Positions 53,373 through 64,000 of a stretch of 64,000 nucleotides of DNA are shown here, one piece after another. The number at the start of each line of letters is the position of its first letter. Position 1 is the first letter of the stretch. The stretch is from Macrostomum lignano (Eukaryota). The position numbers were made by a program, and so were the translations under genes. The notes under the pieces are model-generated. The model made no database searches. It was not told where the DNA came from and saw only the letters and a list, made by a program, of their open reading frames with translations. Where the stretch lies: the NCBI GenBank assembly GCA_002269645.1, contig NIVC01001413.1:62001-126000 (forward strand), read 5' to 3'.

Positions 53373-56282
53373 TCAATGCGACTTGCGAGGCCGCAGATTT
53401 CGATCGCTTCCACCACCGCTGTTGTTTCCATTAATCGTGAGCACTTGCACGCCCAGGTACGAGGCAATCTGACGGCATAGTCTGGCGGAATATTGAACCA
53501 CATCTGCTAAGCCGATAATTGCGGCTAAATAGAGGGCGACACCCTCCGACAGGGGCTCGTTAAAGTACTGATTGACAACCAGCAGGGCGGGGCCGAGGAG
53601 GCCAGAGTCCCACACAGCCAGCTCAGTGCGAGTCATGTGAGCAACAATCAGACGTTCGCAAATTTTAACGCTAGCCGCGCCAAATGCGGTGATGAATAGG
53701 CAGGGCCGGTCAAAAAATAAACTGGGAGATTTGTTGCTAACGGCAGCCGTGATGACAATCAGCATTAGCCACACAACGCCGGGGAAGATGATGCTGGTAT
53801 TGGCTACTGTTGACCCGTTTTTACCTGCTCCGCCTTGGCTGATGCAGTAGGCAAGACGGAAGTACAGCGAGCTCGAAGTGGTCAAGTATATCAGCACCTG
53901 GGAGGGTAGGGGAGTGAGTGTTGAGGGGCGGTTGTGGCATCTGACAGCCCCCGAAAGAAGCTCTCATCTTTGGCAGACAGAATCTGTGAACTTCATCTGA
54001 CAGAATCTGTGAACTTCATCTGACAGAATCTGTGAACTTCATCTGACAGAATCTGTGAACTCCAACTGACAGAATCTGTGAGCTCCATCTGAAAGAATTT
54101 GTGAACTTCATCCGACAGAATCTGTGAGCTCTATCTGACAGAATATGTGAACTTCATCTGACAGAATCTGTGACCTCCATCTGACAGAATCTGTGAACTG
54201 TATCTGACAGAATCTGTGAGCTGTATCTGACAGAATCTGTGAGCTCCAGCTGACAGAATCTGTGAGCTCCAGCTGACAGAATCTGTGAACTCAATCTGAC
54301 AGAATCTGTGAACTGTATCTGACAGAATCTGTGAGCTCCATCTGACAGAATCTGTGAGCTCCAGCTGACAGAATCTGTGAACTTCATCTGACAGAATCTG
54401 TGAACTTCATCTGACAGAATCTGTGAACTTCATCTGACAGAATCTGTGAGCTCTATCTGACAGAATCTGTAAACTTCATCTGACAGAATCTGTGAACTCC
54501 ATCGGACAGAATCTGTGAACTTCATCTGACAGAATCTTTGAGCTCCATCTGACAGAATCTGTGAACTCCATCGGACAGAATCTGTGAACTTCATCTGACA
54601 GAATCTTTGAGCTCCATCTGACAGAATCTGTGAACTGTATCTAACAGAATGTGAGTTCCATGTGACAACCAAATTTCACCAAAAAGAATTATCTGTAACG
54701 ACTTTACCTGAACATGCCGCAACAGGATGCCGCCAGGCAACACGCTGACACCCCACAATCCGTTCACTCCGCCAAACGCCGTGGCAATAAACACTCCCAT
54801 ACAGCACAATTGCGCTTCCGTGACGTCAAACATGCCAAACATAATCTTGCCAGTAATATAGGCAATCCAATGCGCCACAAAGAACAGCGTCATAGACGAA
54901 GCGCACTGGACCAGCATCAGCTTAGGCGTATGGCCCAGTCCCGTAGCAACAGACAGGCTCAGCGTTACTAGCAGAGTATTAGCCGCGTCGCAGCCGTGAT
55001 CGAATAGTTCGCCAAGCTGATTGGCGGAACCGGTGCGCCTGGCCTGCTTGCCGTCCAATGCGTCCAGGGTTTGATAGACGAATAGAGCGAAAGCGGCGTA
55101 GAGCAGCAGCCAGGCTGGGATGTCCTGCGTGCCAATTGTGCCGTCACGCATAAGTTCTTGACGATAATTACACCTTGGAATTTCCTGTCTGGCCCTCATT
55201 TCTTCATTAGACCATTACGGTTGATTCTTAGAAAGATTCAGGGCCGATTCTTAGAAATATTCAGGGCCGATTCTTAAAAAGATTTAGGGCCGATTCTTAG
55301 AAAGATTCAGGGCCGATTCTTAGAAAGATTCAGGGCCGATTCTTAGAAAGATTCAGATCTGATTCTTAGATTCAGGGCCGATTCTTAGAAAGATTCAGGG
55401 CCGATTCTTAGAAAGATTCAGATCTGATTCTTAGATTCAGGGCCGATTCTTAGAAAGATTCAGGGCCGATTCTTAGAAAGTATCAGGTACGATTCTTAGA
55501 AAGATTCAGGTTCGATTCTTAGAAAGATTCAGGTTCGATTCTTAGAAAGATTCAGGTCCGATTCTTAAAAAGATTCAGGTCCGATTCTTAGAAAGATTCA
55601 GGTCTGATTCTTAGAAAGATTCAGGTCCGATTCTTAGAAAGATTCAGGTCCGATTCTTAGAAAGACTCAGGTTCGATTCTCAAAAATATTCAGGTCCAAT
55701 TCTTAGAAAGATTCAGGTCCAATTCTTAGAAAGATTCAGGTCCGATTCTTAGAAAGATTCAGGTCCAATTCTTAGAAAGATTCAGGTCCAATTCTTAGAA
55801 AGATTCAGGTCCAATTCTTAGAAAGACAGGGATGATTCTCGGGGAGATTTGGGGCGGATTCTTACCAATATTTAAGATGATTCTTGAAAAGATTTAAGAG
55901 AAAGTTTAGGAAGATTTTAGGATTGATTCTCAGAAAGATTTACGACCGATTCTTAGACGGACTTAGAAGCGAGTATTAGGGCAGTTTTACAGCAACTATT
56001 AAAAAACAGTAAAAATTGCTGTTTTCCTACCTGTTTAGCATCGGGACTATAGATTAGCAGCAGCACTGCGCTACTGGCGTTCATCATCAGGCCGGCGAGT
56101 GTCAGAGCGTTAGGAGCAGCGTTCATCGGCACCCAATCGATCAGGGCGCGCCAGAACCGTTGCAAAAGTGGTTCAACAATAGACGTACCAGTTACTGAGT
56201 ACTCGTGCTGCAGCAGATGCTTGAGATGCCGCTCGTCCAATGGACCGGATACAAATTGGCCCCGTGCACGGCTGCTGGCCAT
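53373..56282 (-). CDS. CEPT1: Choline/ethanolamine phosphotransferase (CDP-alcohol phosphotransferase, 397 aa)
   Basis: Exons 56282-56031, 55124-54708, 53897-53373 (all phase 0). Motifs: APNALTLAG, YQTLDALDGKQARRTGSANQLGELFDHGCD, GGAGKNGSTVANTS, LIVAHMT. Confidence 0.92.
53975..54650. repeat. 23-bp minisatellite (TCTGACAGAATCTGTGAACTTCA)n in CEPT1 intron 2
   Basis: Period 23 read directly (54001, 54024). Confidence 0.93.
55224..55830. repeat. 23-bp minisatellite (GATTCTTAGAAAGATTCAGGGCC)n in CEPT1 intron 1
   Basis: Period 23 read directly (55321, 55344). Confidence 0.93.
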
Positions 56283-56495
56283 TGCTGTGCTCGCAGAGGC
56301 GGATTCGAAGGTTCAATTGTTTAGTTGCTAAGGTGGGACTATCAGCTTACTGATTAGGGATAGGAATCTTCTAATGATGGGAAATCTCTAATAATCTTCA
56401 GGTAGTTGGATTCAGGTGAAATTCAGGTAGTTGGATTCAGGTGAACTTCAGGTAGTTGGATTCAGGTGAACTTCAGGTAGTTGGAATTGAATTAC

Positions 56496-56936
56496 CAGAT
56501 ACTAAAATAACTAGATGGGCCACTCAGGCATATATACTTAGTAAAACAGCTTTCTGCTTTCAATTCAGTAGCAAAGAAGAATGCATAAGCTATTTTATAA
56601 AAAATAAAGGCAGCTCAAATTAATTTGATAAGCTTAGAAGCCCAAGCTTGCAGTCGTAAGGAACTTGCTAATTGGTTCAGCAATAATGTACATTGGCCAG
56701 TCCACTGAAATGTACATGGCAGCTTGAGGCTGCAATTCCGAGAAAAGCAATTAAAATTGGGGTGGGAAAGGGGTGGTGTCGAAAGGCGCGGTTGGAGGGT
56801 TTAAGCTTGGGGGGGGGGATAAAAGCCAATAAATAAGCCTTGGCTTTATAATGCTTCTGTTTAACTTACTACTGAACTGAAAGTAGCTTACACGCAAATG
56901 TGCTGAGTGGCCCAGCTAGTTATTCTAGTATCTGTG
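56496..56936. mobile_element. CACAG-ended MITE family, copy 3
   Basis: Same TIR and body as 26333. Confidence 0.85.
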
Positions 56937-57279
56937 ATTAAATTCAGATAGCCTTCAGGTAGTTGAGAAAGTCAAATAACCTTCAGACAACGGTGAAATC
57001 TAAAGTAACATATAAGAATGTAAGCCAAGAGTCAACTAAAAACACGTTTAAATATTGAAAGTATAAGAAACAACATTATATATTTATGCTAATTATCATA
57101 CAAGTCGTTAACTAAAAATATGTAAGGATTAGTTGAAAATGCTAATTTTTTTGCAGCTTGACAAGAATCAGACTATTTAAAGTAGAAAGTTACCATGAAA
57201 GTGGATTGTGCTGAACAAAATTTTAATGCAATTAACTTTGAAATAAATACATCAATGTCAGAAATTGGAACTGAGTACT

Positions 57280-57684
57280 TTAGTCCTTGTCAGCTTCTCC
57301 AACTGCCAGTTGAATAAAAGCAATAGCACTCTGCGCTCGATCAGCAGCCTGAGCAGCTTCGTTAGCCAATTGAAATTCGAGCTCAGCGCATCGGCGAGCC
57401 GCCCGAATAGCCCGAGATTTCAGCGAATCAAGTCGGGCAGCGATCTTTAACGAATCTAAGCTGCTATTAGAACAGTCTGGCAGGGGAGCGGCAACACTCC
57501 AACCACCGTTATTGCAGCTGTCAATGCCTACTGATGATGCTTGATTATTATTAGACCAAGCCTTTGCTTCGACAGAGAAGTTATTGCAAGCATTTAATAG
57601 CATCAATTCGTACTGTTCATCGCTGATTATCTCTTTATTGTCATCCGAATTATCGACTTCATTCTCTTTACAAACTTTTAACAT
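57280..57684 (-). CDS. Uncharacterised protein (134 aa; acidic N-terminus, Ala-rich helical C-terminus)
   Basis: GC-richer ORF with exon-like composition; acceptor-like CTCAG two bases before the ATG; no family recognised. Confidence 0.5.
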   Translation of the reverse strand: MLKVCKENEVDNSDDNKEIISDEQYELMLLNACNNFSVEAKAWSNNNQASSVGIDSCNNGGWSVAAPLPDCSNSSLDSLKIAARLDSLKSRAIRAARRCAELEFQLANEAAQAADRAQSAIAFIQLAVGEADKD

Positions 57685-58785
57685 TGCTGAGTAAGGCTAG
57701 GCCTAGAGTCATGAAGTTAAAATTTAGCAATTTTTGTTAACTTCTGTAAGTTCTGCAATCTTAGTAACCTGAGATAAGACAGAACTATATGCTTAGCGAG
57801 TGCACTTGTCTTTCAGCTAGTGCACTGGTAGTTACTTATCTCGAAGTGACAGCAAAAAAGTAATAACTATGTTGAATTTGCACTAAAATGTATAACACAT
57901 TTACTTAAAACCAGAACGAGATCATAAATAAAAACAAACATTAATCTATGGCACATAAATACTACTATGAAACATTTAAGACTTTTTGGGATTGAGGTTA
58001 TCCTTTTTGTATGCCAACAGTGTTTGGCTTCCAATTCAGTCTTGCTATTTAGACACTTCTTGCTAGGGAAGAAGCTGGGGACACCCACCATAGGTATTCC
58101 CAAACATTAAGGAAATAAATATTTAATGTTTCTTTGTATGCCTACAAAATAAAAGAAATAGTTGCTATAAGTTGGTGCCAATAGTAGGACACTAAAAAAA
58201 GAAGAAACAGCCTTACAACAGTATAAAAAACAACTACAACTTTTCTATTGAAGGTGAATCTGCAGAAGTTGAGCCTTAGAAGTTGAACAATAGAAGTTGA
58301 GCACTGGAACTGAAGTCTAGTAAGATTATTTAAGTGACAAAAATAGTCTATCAATATTATCCCAGTTAAACTACAATTTAGATGTATCAATTTCCTTTCT
58401 GTGAAACTGAGATCCAAAAAATTCCCTTTAATAAAACTAAAAAGCATCAAAATATTTTTTTAAATATATTGCACTAGGTGCTGGAGAAAATTCTATAAAA
58501 AGTGTGCTTGCACTATGCGCCAGAACAATTCCTATCAAATAAGTTTGTTTATTAACTTCTATACTTAGGGAATACAATCCTGGGATCCCGAATCCTGGGA
58601 TTTCAATAATGCCTAAATCCTAGGATTCTAAATCCAGGGATCACAACTTGTCTGAGACTCAAAAATCTAGGGATTGACTATACCCATAGGGATCCCGATC
58701 CTAGTTTGCAATAATTCAATAATTCATTCTTGAGTAGTAGTATCTACAGCTAAGCTACTGTTAGGTGAAAATCATAACCCATTTG

Positions 58786-59179
58786 TAGAGGTCGGATGGG
58801 ATTGAAATCTTCGGGCGGGATCGGGATCGGGAATAATTTTTTTCTCGGGATCGGGATCGGTATTCGGGAATCGGGATCAGGTCTTTTAGTGTATTTTCCA
58901 TGTAAAGTTAAACAAAATTGAGAAAAGATTGTCAAGATCAAGAAGTAAAACACAACGAAATTGATATGAAGTTTTGTAACCAACAAAGTAAATAATGTAA
59001 CAAGTACAAGTTAAAGCAAAATAACCTTCAAGTAATCACTAATTCTATAAATTATTAATCGAAAGACCTGTTCCCGAATCTCGAGTTTTTTAGGGTCGGG
59101 ATTCTGGTCCCGCGGGAATTCAATTTTCCTCGGGATCCCGAGATTTCGGGATCGGGATCGGGATCCCGTCCGACCTCTA
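58786..59179. mobile_element. hAT-type MITE with GGGATC subterminal repeats
   Basis: TIR TAGAGGTCGGATGGGAT / ATCCCGTCCGACCTCTA and a perfect 8-bp TSD CCCATTTG (58778-85, 59180-87). Confidence 0.88.
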
Positions 59180-62071
59180 CCCATTTGTTCTGCTTTGATT
59201 AATAATATTTTAAACATGCAGGCTAGTAAGAAGGCTAAGGCTGCAGGGATACAAAACTGAAGCTGTTGGCAGATTGCAGGATTGATTTCAGATGTAACGA
59301 TGTATGTGCAACTGTATACATATGTTACTTATAGACTAATATAATTATTATTCTAAAACCTATGCATAGAATCTAAAGCAATAGAGGCCAATTCCTCATT
59401 GTTTCCAATTGCAGCACTATAGCTTGCCAGAACTTCAAAACTCCTTGGCTATAGTAAGGATTAGAACAGTGGGAGCTTGCTATCAGAAGACAACCCAAGC
59501 TACCAGTTCTCTATCTAGGGTGGGTGCCTCTAGGAAGATGAGGTCTGATCCCTTTCTACCCTGGTATCAGTACCCCGAGCCATAGCTCTATAAGTTATCA
59601 TTCTCCTAATTACATCACAATCAAGTGTGATTTTCCTAAGCTGATATTGGCATATAAAAAGCACATCTAATATGCTAGCCTATATATCAAACTCCAATTC
59701 AGGGCTTACTATCAGTTTCTTGTTTGTAAAATATTTTTTCTATTTACTTTATTATTAAAAGCCCTTTAAAATCAGGTTAGATGGCTTTGTAAATGCAAAT
59801 TGTACCAAAAAAGATTAGAAACATTTTTAATCCTAGGATCCTGGAATCCTAGCCCAATTTATTGGGATCCCAAGATTTGCAAAGTCTGGGATATCCCGAT
59901 CCCAAGAATCCTAAGATTTTTGAAGTCCAGGATATCCCAATCCCAAGAATCCTAGGATTTTTTAAGTCCAGGATATCCCAATTCCAAGAATCCCAAGATT
60001 GGCATAACTTGGGATTTTGTATTCCTTACTTATACTGTGTGAAAGAACTTCTAAGAAAAAAGGTTTTTAAGGCACAAAATTTAAAATTGTTAGTATCCTT
60101 GTTAGGCCTATACACCAAGATTTCCTAGCATACATGTCATCTTTCAAACCATGGGCTTTTGCATTGGAATGCACCACTGCAGCACATGTTTAATACCTTT
60201 TTGTGCCAGAATTTACAATGAAAAACACAAAAAAGCCATCTTCCTAGGCCTAACTATAGGAAAAATGCACCTCTCTTTCTCTCTTTTTCTCCCCTCATTG
60301 CAACTCTGTGAGCACTCTGTTGGACTGTGCAATCTACTGTTAATTTATATACATTTTTGACTTTTATCGACTGCAGGAAAAAGCATTGCAAGCAAACATT
60401 AGTAAAAAATTTGCTTATTGGCAATTTACTTGCAGGCAAATTGCACTGTAGGCAAATCTTGATAGGCAATTCTTGGTGGCTACTTGTCATTTTGGCAATA
60501 ATTTTAGGACAAATAATCTTTTGTAATAGTAATTACCATATCAGTGACAAAGTCAAAGAGAGAGACATTTTGGCAAAAAGACTACAATTAGGAATTTAGA
60601 ACAAGTCTTGATTTGATGAAATGTTTATATGTATTTCAATTTCATTAATTGTAAAGGTAGAACAAAATATAAAAAAGATCATAAAGGTAATAATTTTTTA
60701 CTATAATAGTAAAATGAAAATTTAACTAAGTGTCAACCATAAACTTAGTTAAAATAGTAGTTGAAAACTTATTAATTTCAAATTGAATAAAGTTATTAAA
60801 ATAGAATAAAATGAAGGAATCAGTCTATTTAAGTATCAAGCAGGCTGCAACAGCAAGTATTAAGAATGGATGAATCCAAAAAGAATGGATGAATGTATTC
60901 TTTTTTAGGCCTACATATTGCCTGAGCTTACTGCGGGCGAGACAGTCACAGAGACAGCACAAGCTTTTCCAAGAAAGCAACCTACAGTTAAAATCCTGGC
61001 TAGAAAGTAGTTATTTTAACAAAATATTGACGCAGTGTTGTATTTTTCACTGTATGTAATAATTAAATATTTTTTTAACTGAACTTTTTTTTGCAACTTG
61101 AATGCATGCATTCTTTACATGAATACATGTATTACAAGTGAATTTGGAGGGCGTTCGAATAATACAGCTTCCTATCGCAGTATTCTGGAATCCAGTGTCT
61201 AATTTATGTACATGCCACTCCGATCGAATATAATTTGCATGCATGCTTGAAATTAAAATCTTCAAGAACACAACATGATAAATAAACTCGTTAGGTCAAT
61301 GCATGGACATGAAGTTAACAATAGTATCTAAAGGCCACTGTTTCCGTGGTAACTTCTAGGGTCCTACATCTACATGTAGGTAGCATCTCACAAGTTTAGT
61401 ACTGCACTATAGCCTCAGCTGCTTGAAAACGACGACAAGAACTGCAATGTGTATACTGTAATTCCTACTATACATGTAACTACGAAAAAACTCACTGCAT
61501 AATCAAAACTTGTGTGCGGTAACCCTGTTCAGGAATTAATAGACTACGGCCCTACATGACGTTAATGAATGCTTGCATCAAGGGCCATCTGTATGTGTTT
61601 ACAGGTACATGTACAGTGTAAATCAAAGTATTCTGTTAACATGAACCATGTTGCATTACGCGTAAATACATGTAGATTCATTAAAACTAGTCTTAGGAAA
61701 AGCCGAAAAGCTAGAAATTTAAAATTTGAATTTGAACTTTGAAACTATGCATGCATTAATATACATATATTTTTAAAGCAAGAAAAATACAAAAATCGCA
61801 TGGTCAATGTACACTACAGCGGTACAGGTAAAAAGGATTCGACAATTAAAATTTAATGTTGTAAACACATTAGAAAACAAAATAGGATAACTTAAAGCAC
61901 AAACCGAAAAATGCATACGATACAGCTTGCAATTTAGATAGATCATTATACATTATACCACACAGTAATTTTCAAAATAGTACCGTAGTATCAAATGCAG
62001 AACTATAAAAATAAGTTAAATAAAGTCAACAAAACTCGCTACTAGCCTACTTACTAACGTCAGTAGACAGA

Positions 62072-62611
62072 TTAGCGTTGAGTATTACCAATTAGCTGTC
62101 GATTTAAATCGCGAGCAACAGCCGCCCGCTTGGCCAGATCTTCGAGCGGAGCAGCGAGGGCAAGCGAGCGCAATTGTCGAAGCCAGTTGCTGAGCTCGGC
62201 GCACTGTCGCAGACGTTCCCGCAATTCGGCGCGCCGATGTCGAAGCTCGGCCGCTTGAGCCTCCAGTCGACTAAGCGACCGACGCAAAGCTACCGCCTGC
62301 TCATCCGAGTGCGGCCGGACGCCTTCAAATCCGGGCAATTCGGCCGACTCGGACACAGCCAGAACATCGCAGATTAGTCGCTCGTCCAAAGCGTCGATTT
62401 TCGTATCGACAATTGATTCTAAATAGCGTTGAAAACTGGCCGACTTTTTAGTAGACAGATGGCCGTCTACTAGAACGGCGCCTTCTCGTAGGAGCGCGTC
62501 GCGTAAGCGCCGAGTCAGTCGCTGCGGCGCCACGCCAATGAAAGCAGCAGCATCGGATTGGGCCACTTCTACCGGCATCGGCGACGCAGAGGTCTCGGCA
62601 TCTGTTTCCAT
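62072..62611 (-). CDS. MIS12: Probable kinetochore protein MIS12 homolog (divergent)
   Basis: AFIGVAPQRLTRRLRDAL and DVLAVSESAELPG resemble the Mis12 FGFTPQ and IPxxVLLP motifs; C-terminal coiled coil; in-frame extension to an acceptor at 62666. Confidence 0.5.
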   Translation of the reverse strand: METDAETSASPMPVEVAQSDAAAFIGVAPQRLTRRLRDALLREGAVLVDGHLSTKKSASFQRYLESIVDTKIDALDERLICDVLAVSESAELPGFEGVRPHSDEQAVALRRSLSRLEAQAAELRHRRAELRERLRQCAELSNWLRQLRSLALAAPLEDLAKRAAVARDLNRQLIGNTQR

Positions 62612-62899
62612 TCGGTCGGAGTCAGCCGCCTCGTTGGCGAGCTTGCTAATTTTCGGCGAGGAGGCCTGGAAGTGAAGTTTACAAAGTGGCTCTTGTAGGG
62701 CCCAGCTAGATCAGCGGTAAACGGGTCGGGGTCTGACTCTCACGCCACACGAGCCTCTCGGTTCGATTCCGTGCGCCGCTAATTTTTATAATTTCGGGCT
62801 TGTGTGCACGAAAATTGCCCAGCTGGGGTTGTCGTGCGATTCATAGAAACGAGGGCCAATCCCCAAGGCACGGAGGGTGTACATGCCCGACAGGATGAT

Positions 62900-63909
62900 C
62901 ACAGATACTAGACTAACTAGATGGGTCACTCAGAGCATTTGCGTGTAAGCTACTTTCAGTTCAGTAGGAAATTTAACTGAAGCATTTTAATGCATTTGTA
63001 AAGCCAAGGCTCATTTATTGGCTCTTACCCCCATCAGCCTAAACCCTCCAACCGCGCCTTTACACGCTACCCCACCCCGCCACAATTTTTATTGCCTTTC
63101 TCGGAATTCCAGCCCGAAGCTACTATGTACATTTCAGTGGACTGGCCAATGTACATTATTGCTGAACCAATTAGCAAGTTGTTTGTTGTTAAACGGGGTT
63201 GGGAGGAGAAGCGCTGCCCGCGAATCAGCCCTAAGGGGGCTCTGCCGCATGGACCTTGCTGTGGGCCATACTGCCAGGGGCTTTAAGCCCAAGAGGCCCC
63301 TATTGGAACCAGAGCTCAGGACTCTGGGAGAGCATGGAGCATTGGAGCTACTAACCCAAACCTTACGGACTAAGACACCGCCAACCCAATATTATATTAG
63401 TGGAATCAGGGACGGTGCAAGGACCGAATCCATCCAGACCACCACCCAGCAGACAAATCCCAAGAGTGCGCGAAAAAAAGAATTGGAATGAAAAAAACTT
63501 GGGTTACTACTGAGAAGCGGTCCGAAAGCAGGGAATATCCTGAAGTCTCGGAAATGGCTTAATATTGGAGTGAGTCTGGAAGGCTTGTATCCGAGGGCGA
63601 GTCTCCTATCAGGCAGTGACTAGAATACCTATAGGGCTGCAAGCCACAAGGGGTATCACCTATCCAGCTCTATATTGGAGGCCAGGCCAAGGGGTCGGGA
63701 AGGGGCACAAGGAGCAAGAGGACCCGGACTCAGCCGGAATTAGCAAGTTGTTTACGCCTGCAAGCTTGGGCTTCTAAAATCAGTCATTTCAGCTGCCTCT
63801 ATTATTATAAAATAGCTTCTGTATCCTTCTTTGCTACTGAACTGAAAGTAGAAAGCTGTTTTACTAAGTACATGTCCTGAGTGGCCCATCTAGTTATTTA
63901 GTATCTGTG
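62900..63909. mobile_element. CACAG-ended MITE family, copy 4, interrupted by a retroposed insert
   Basis: TIRs at both ends; the body is continuous once 63185-63753 is removed. Confidence 0.85.
63185..63737 (-). mobile_element. 553-bp retroposed insertion (LINE/SINE 3' fragment)
   Basis: 16-bp TSD AATTAGCAAGTTGTTT (63169-84, 63738-53); short (AAC)n tail on the minus strand. Confidence 0.7.
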
Positions 63910-64000
63910 GACAGGATTAGAAAGTCTGTGAGCGTGTTTATGATTCTGTACTGTATGACCTTAGAGGCTTAGACTCCAATTATATAAGATAGTGTGGTAA

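Noticed and set aside
53373-62665. Operon of MIS12, the orphan ORF and CEPT1
   Set aside because: The genes are co-oriented but separated by 1-4.4 kb of repeats; there is no direct evidence without SL read data.
62698-62787. tRNA gene (A box TAGATCAGCGG, B box GGTTCGATTCC, T-run)
   Set aside because: The acceptor stem does not pair and the anticodon arm is malformed; at most a tRNA-derived SINE head. The same applies to 50461 and the minus strand of 29790-29860.

Overview
Eukaryotic (invertebrate animal) genomic DNA with GC-rich exons and AT-rich, repeat-filled introns. The style resembles the flatworm Macrostomum, but the species cannot be proven from sequence alone. Host genes reconstructed exon by exon with consistent splice phases: an SLC16/MCT-like MFS transporter (-, 3' end unresolved), Rab6 (+, 8 coding exons, 208 aa, last intron with U12-type signals), a signal-peptide/GPI-type aminopeptidase P (+), an OCA2/P-protein gene (+) whose exon 8 is interrupted by an antisense, internally deleted Gypsy-like LTR element, a rhodopsin-type peptide GPCR (-), CEPT1/CHPT1 (-), an orphan ORF and a probable MIS12 (-). 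Mobile DNA is abundant: an intact IS630-Tc1 transposon with an unusual DD30E spacing, and a Crypton-like tyrosine-recombinase element interrupted by a full-length Ingi/Vingi-like LINE. There are also an RTE fragment, tRNA-derived CORE-like SINEs, hAT-type MITEs carrying an expanding minisatellite, and a four-copy CACAG-ended MITE. The most striking object is the 5' module of the LINE at 14925-15176. A candidate HDV-like ribozyme starts exactly at the TSD-defined first base, the start ATG lies inside its P4 helix, and it is followed by a hydrophobic leader ending in a 2A StopGo motif (DVERNPGP) and a PHD finger. Most long ORFs in the track that lie in tandem repeats are artefacts.
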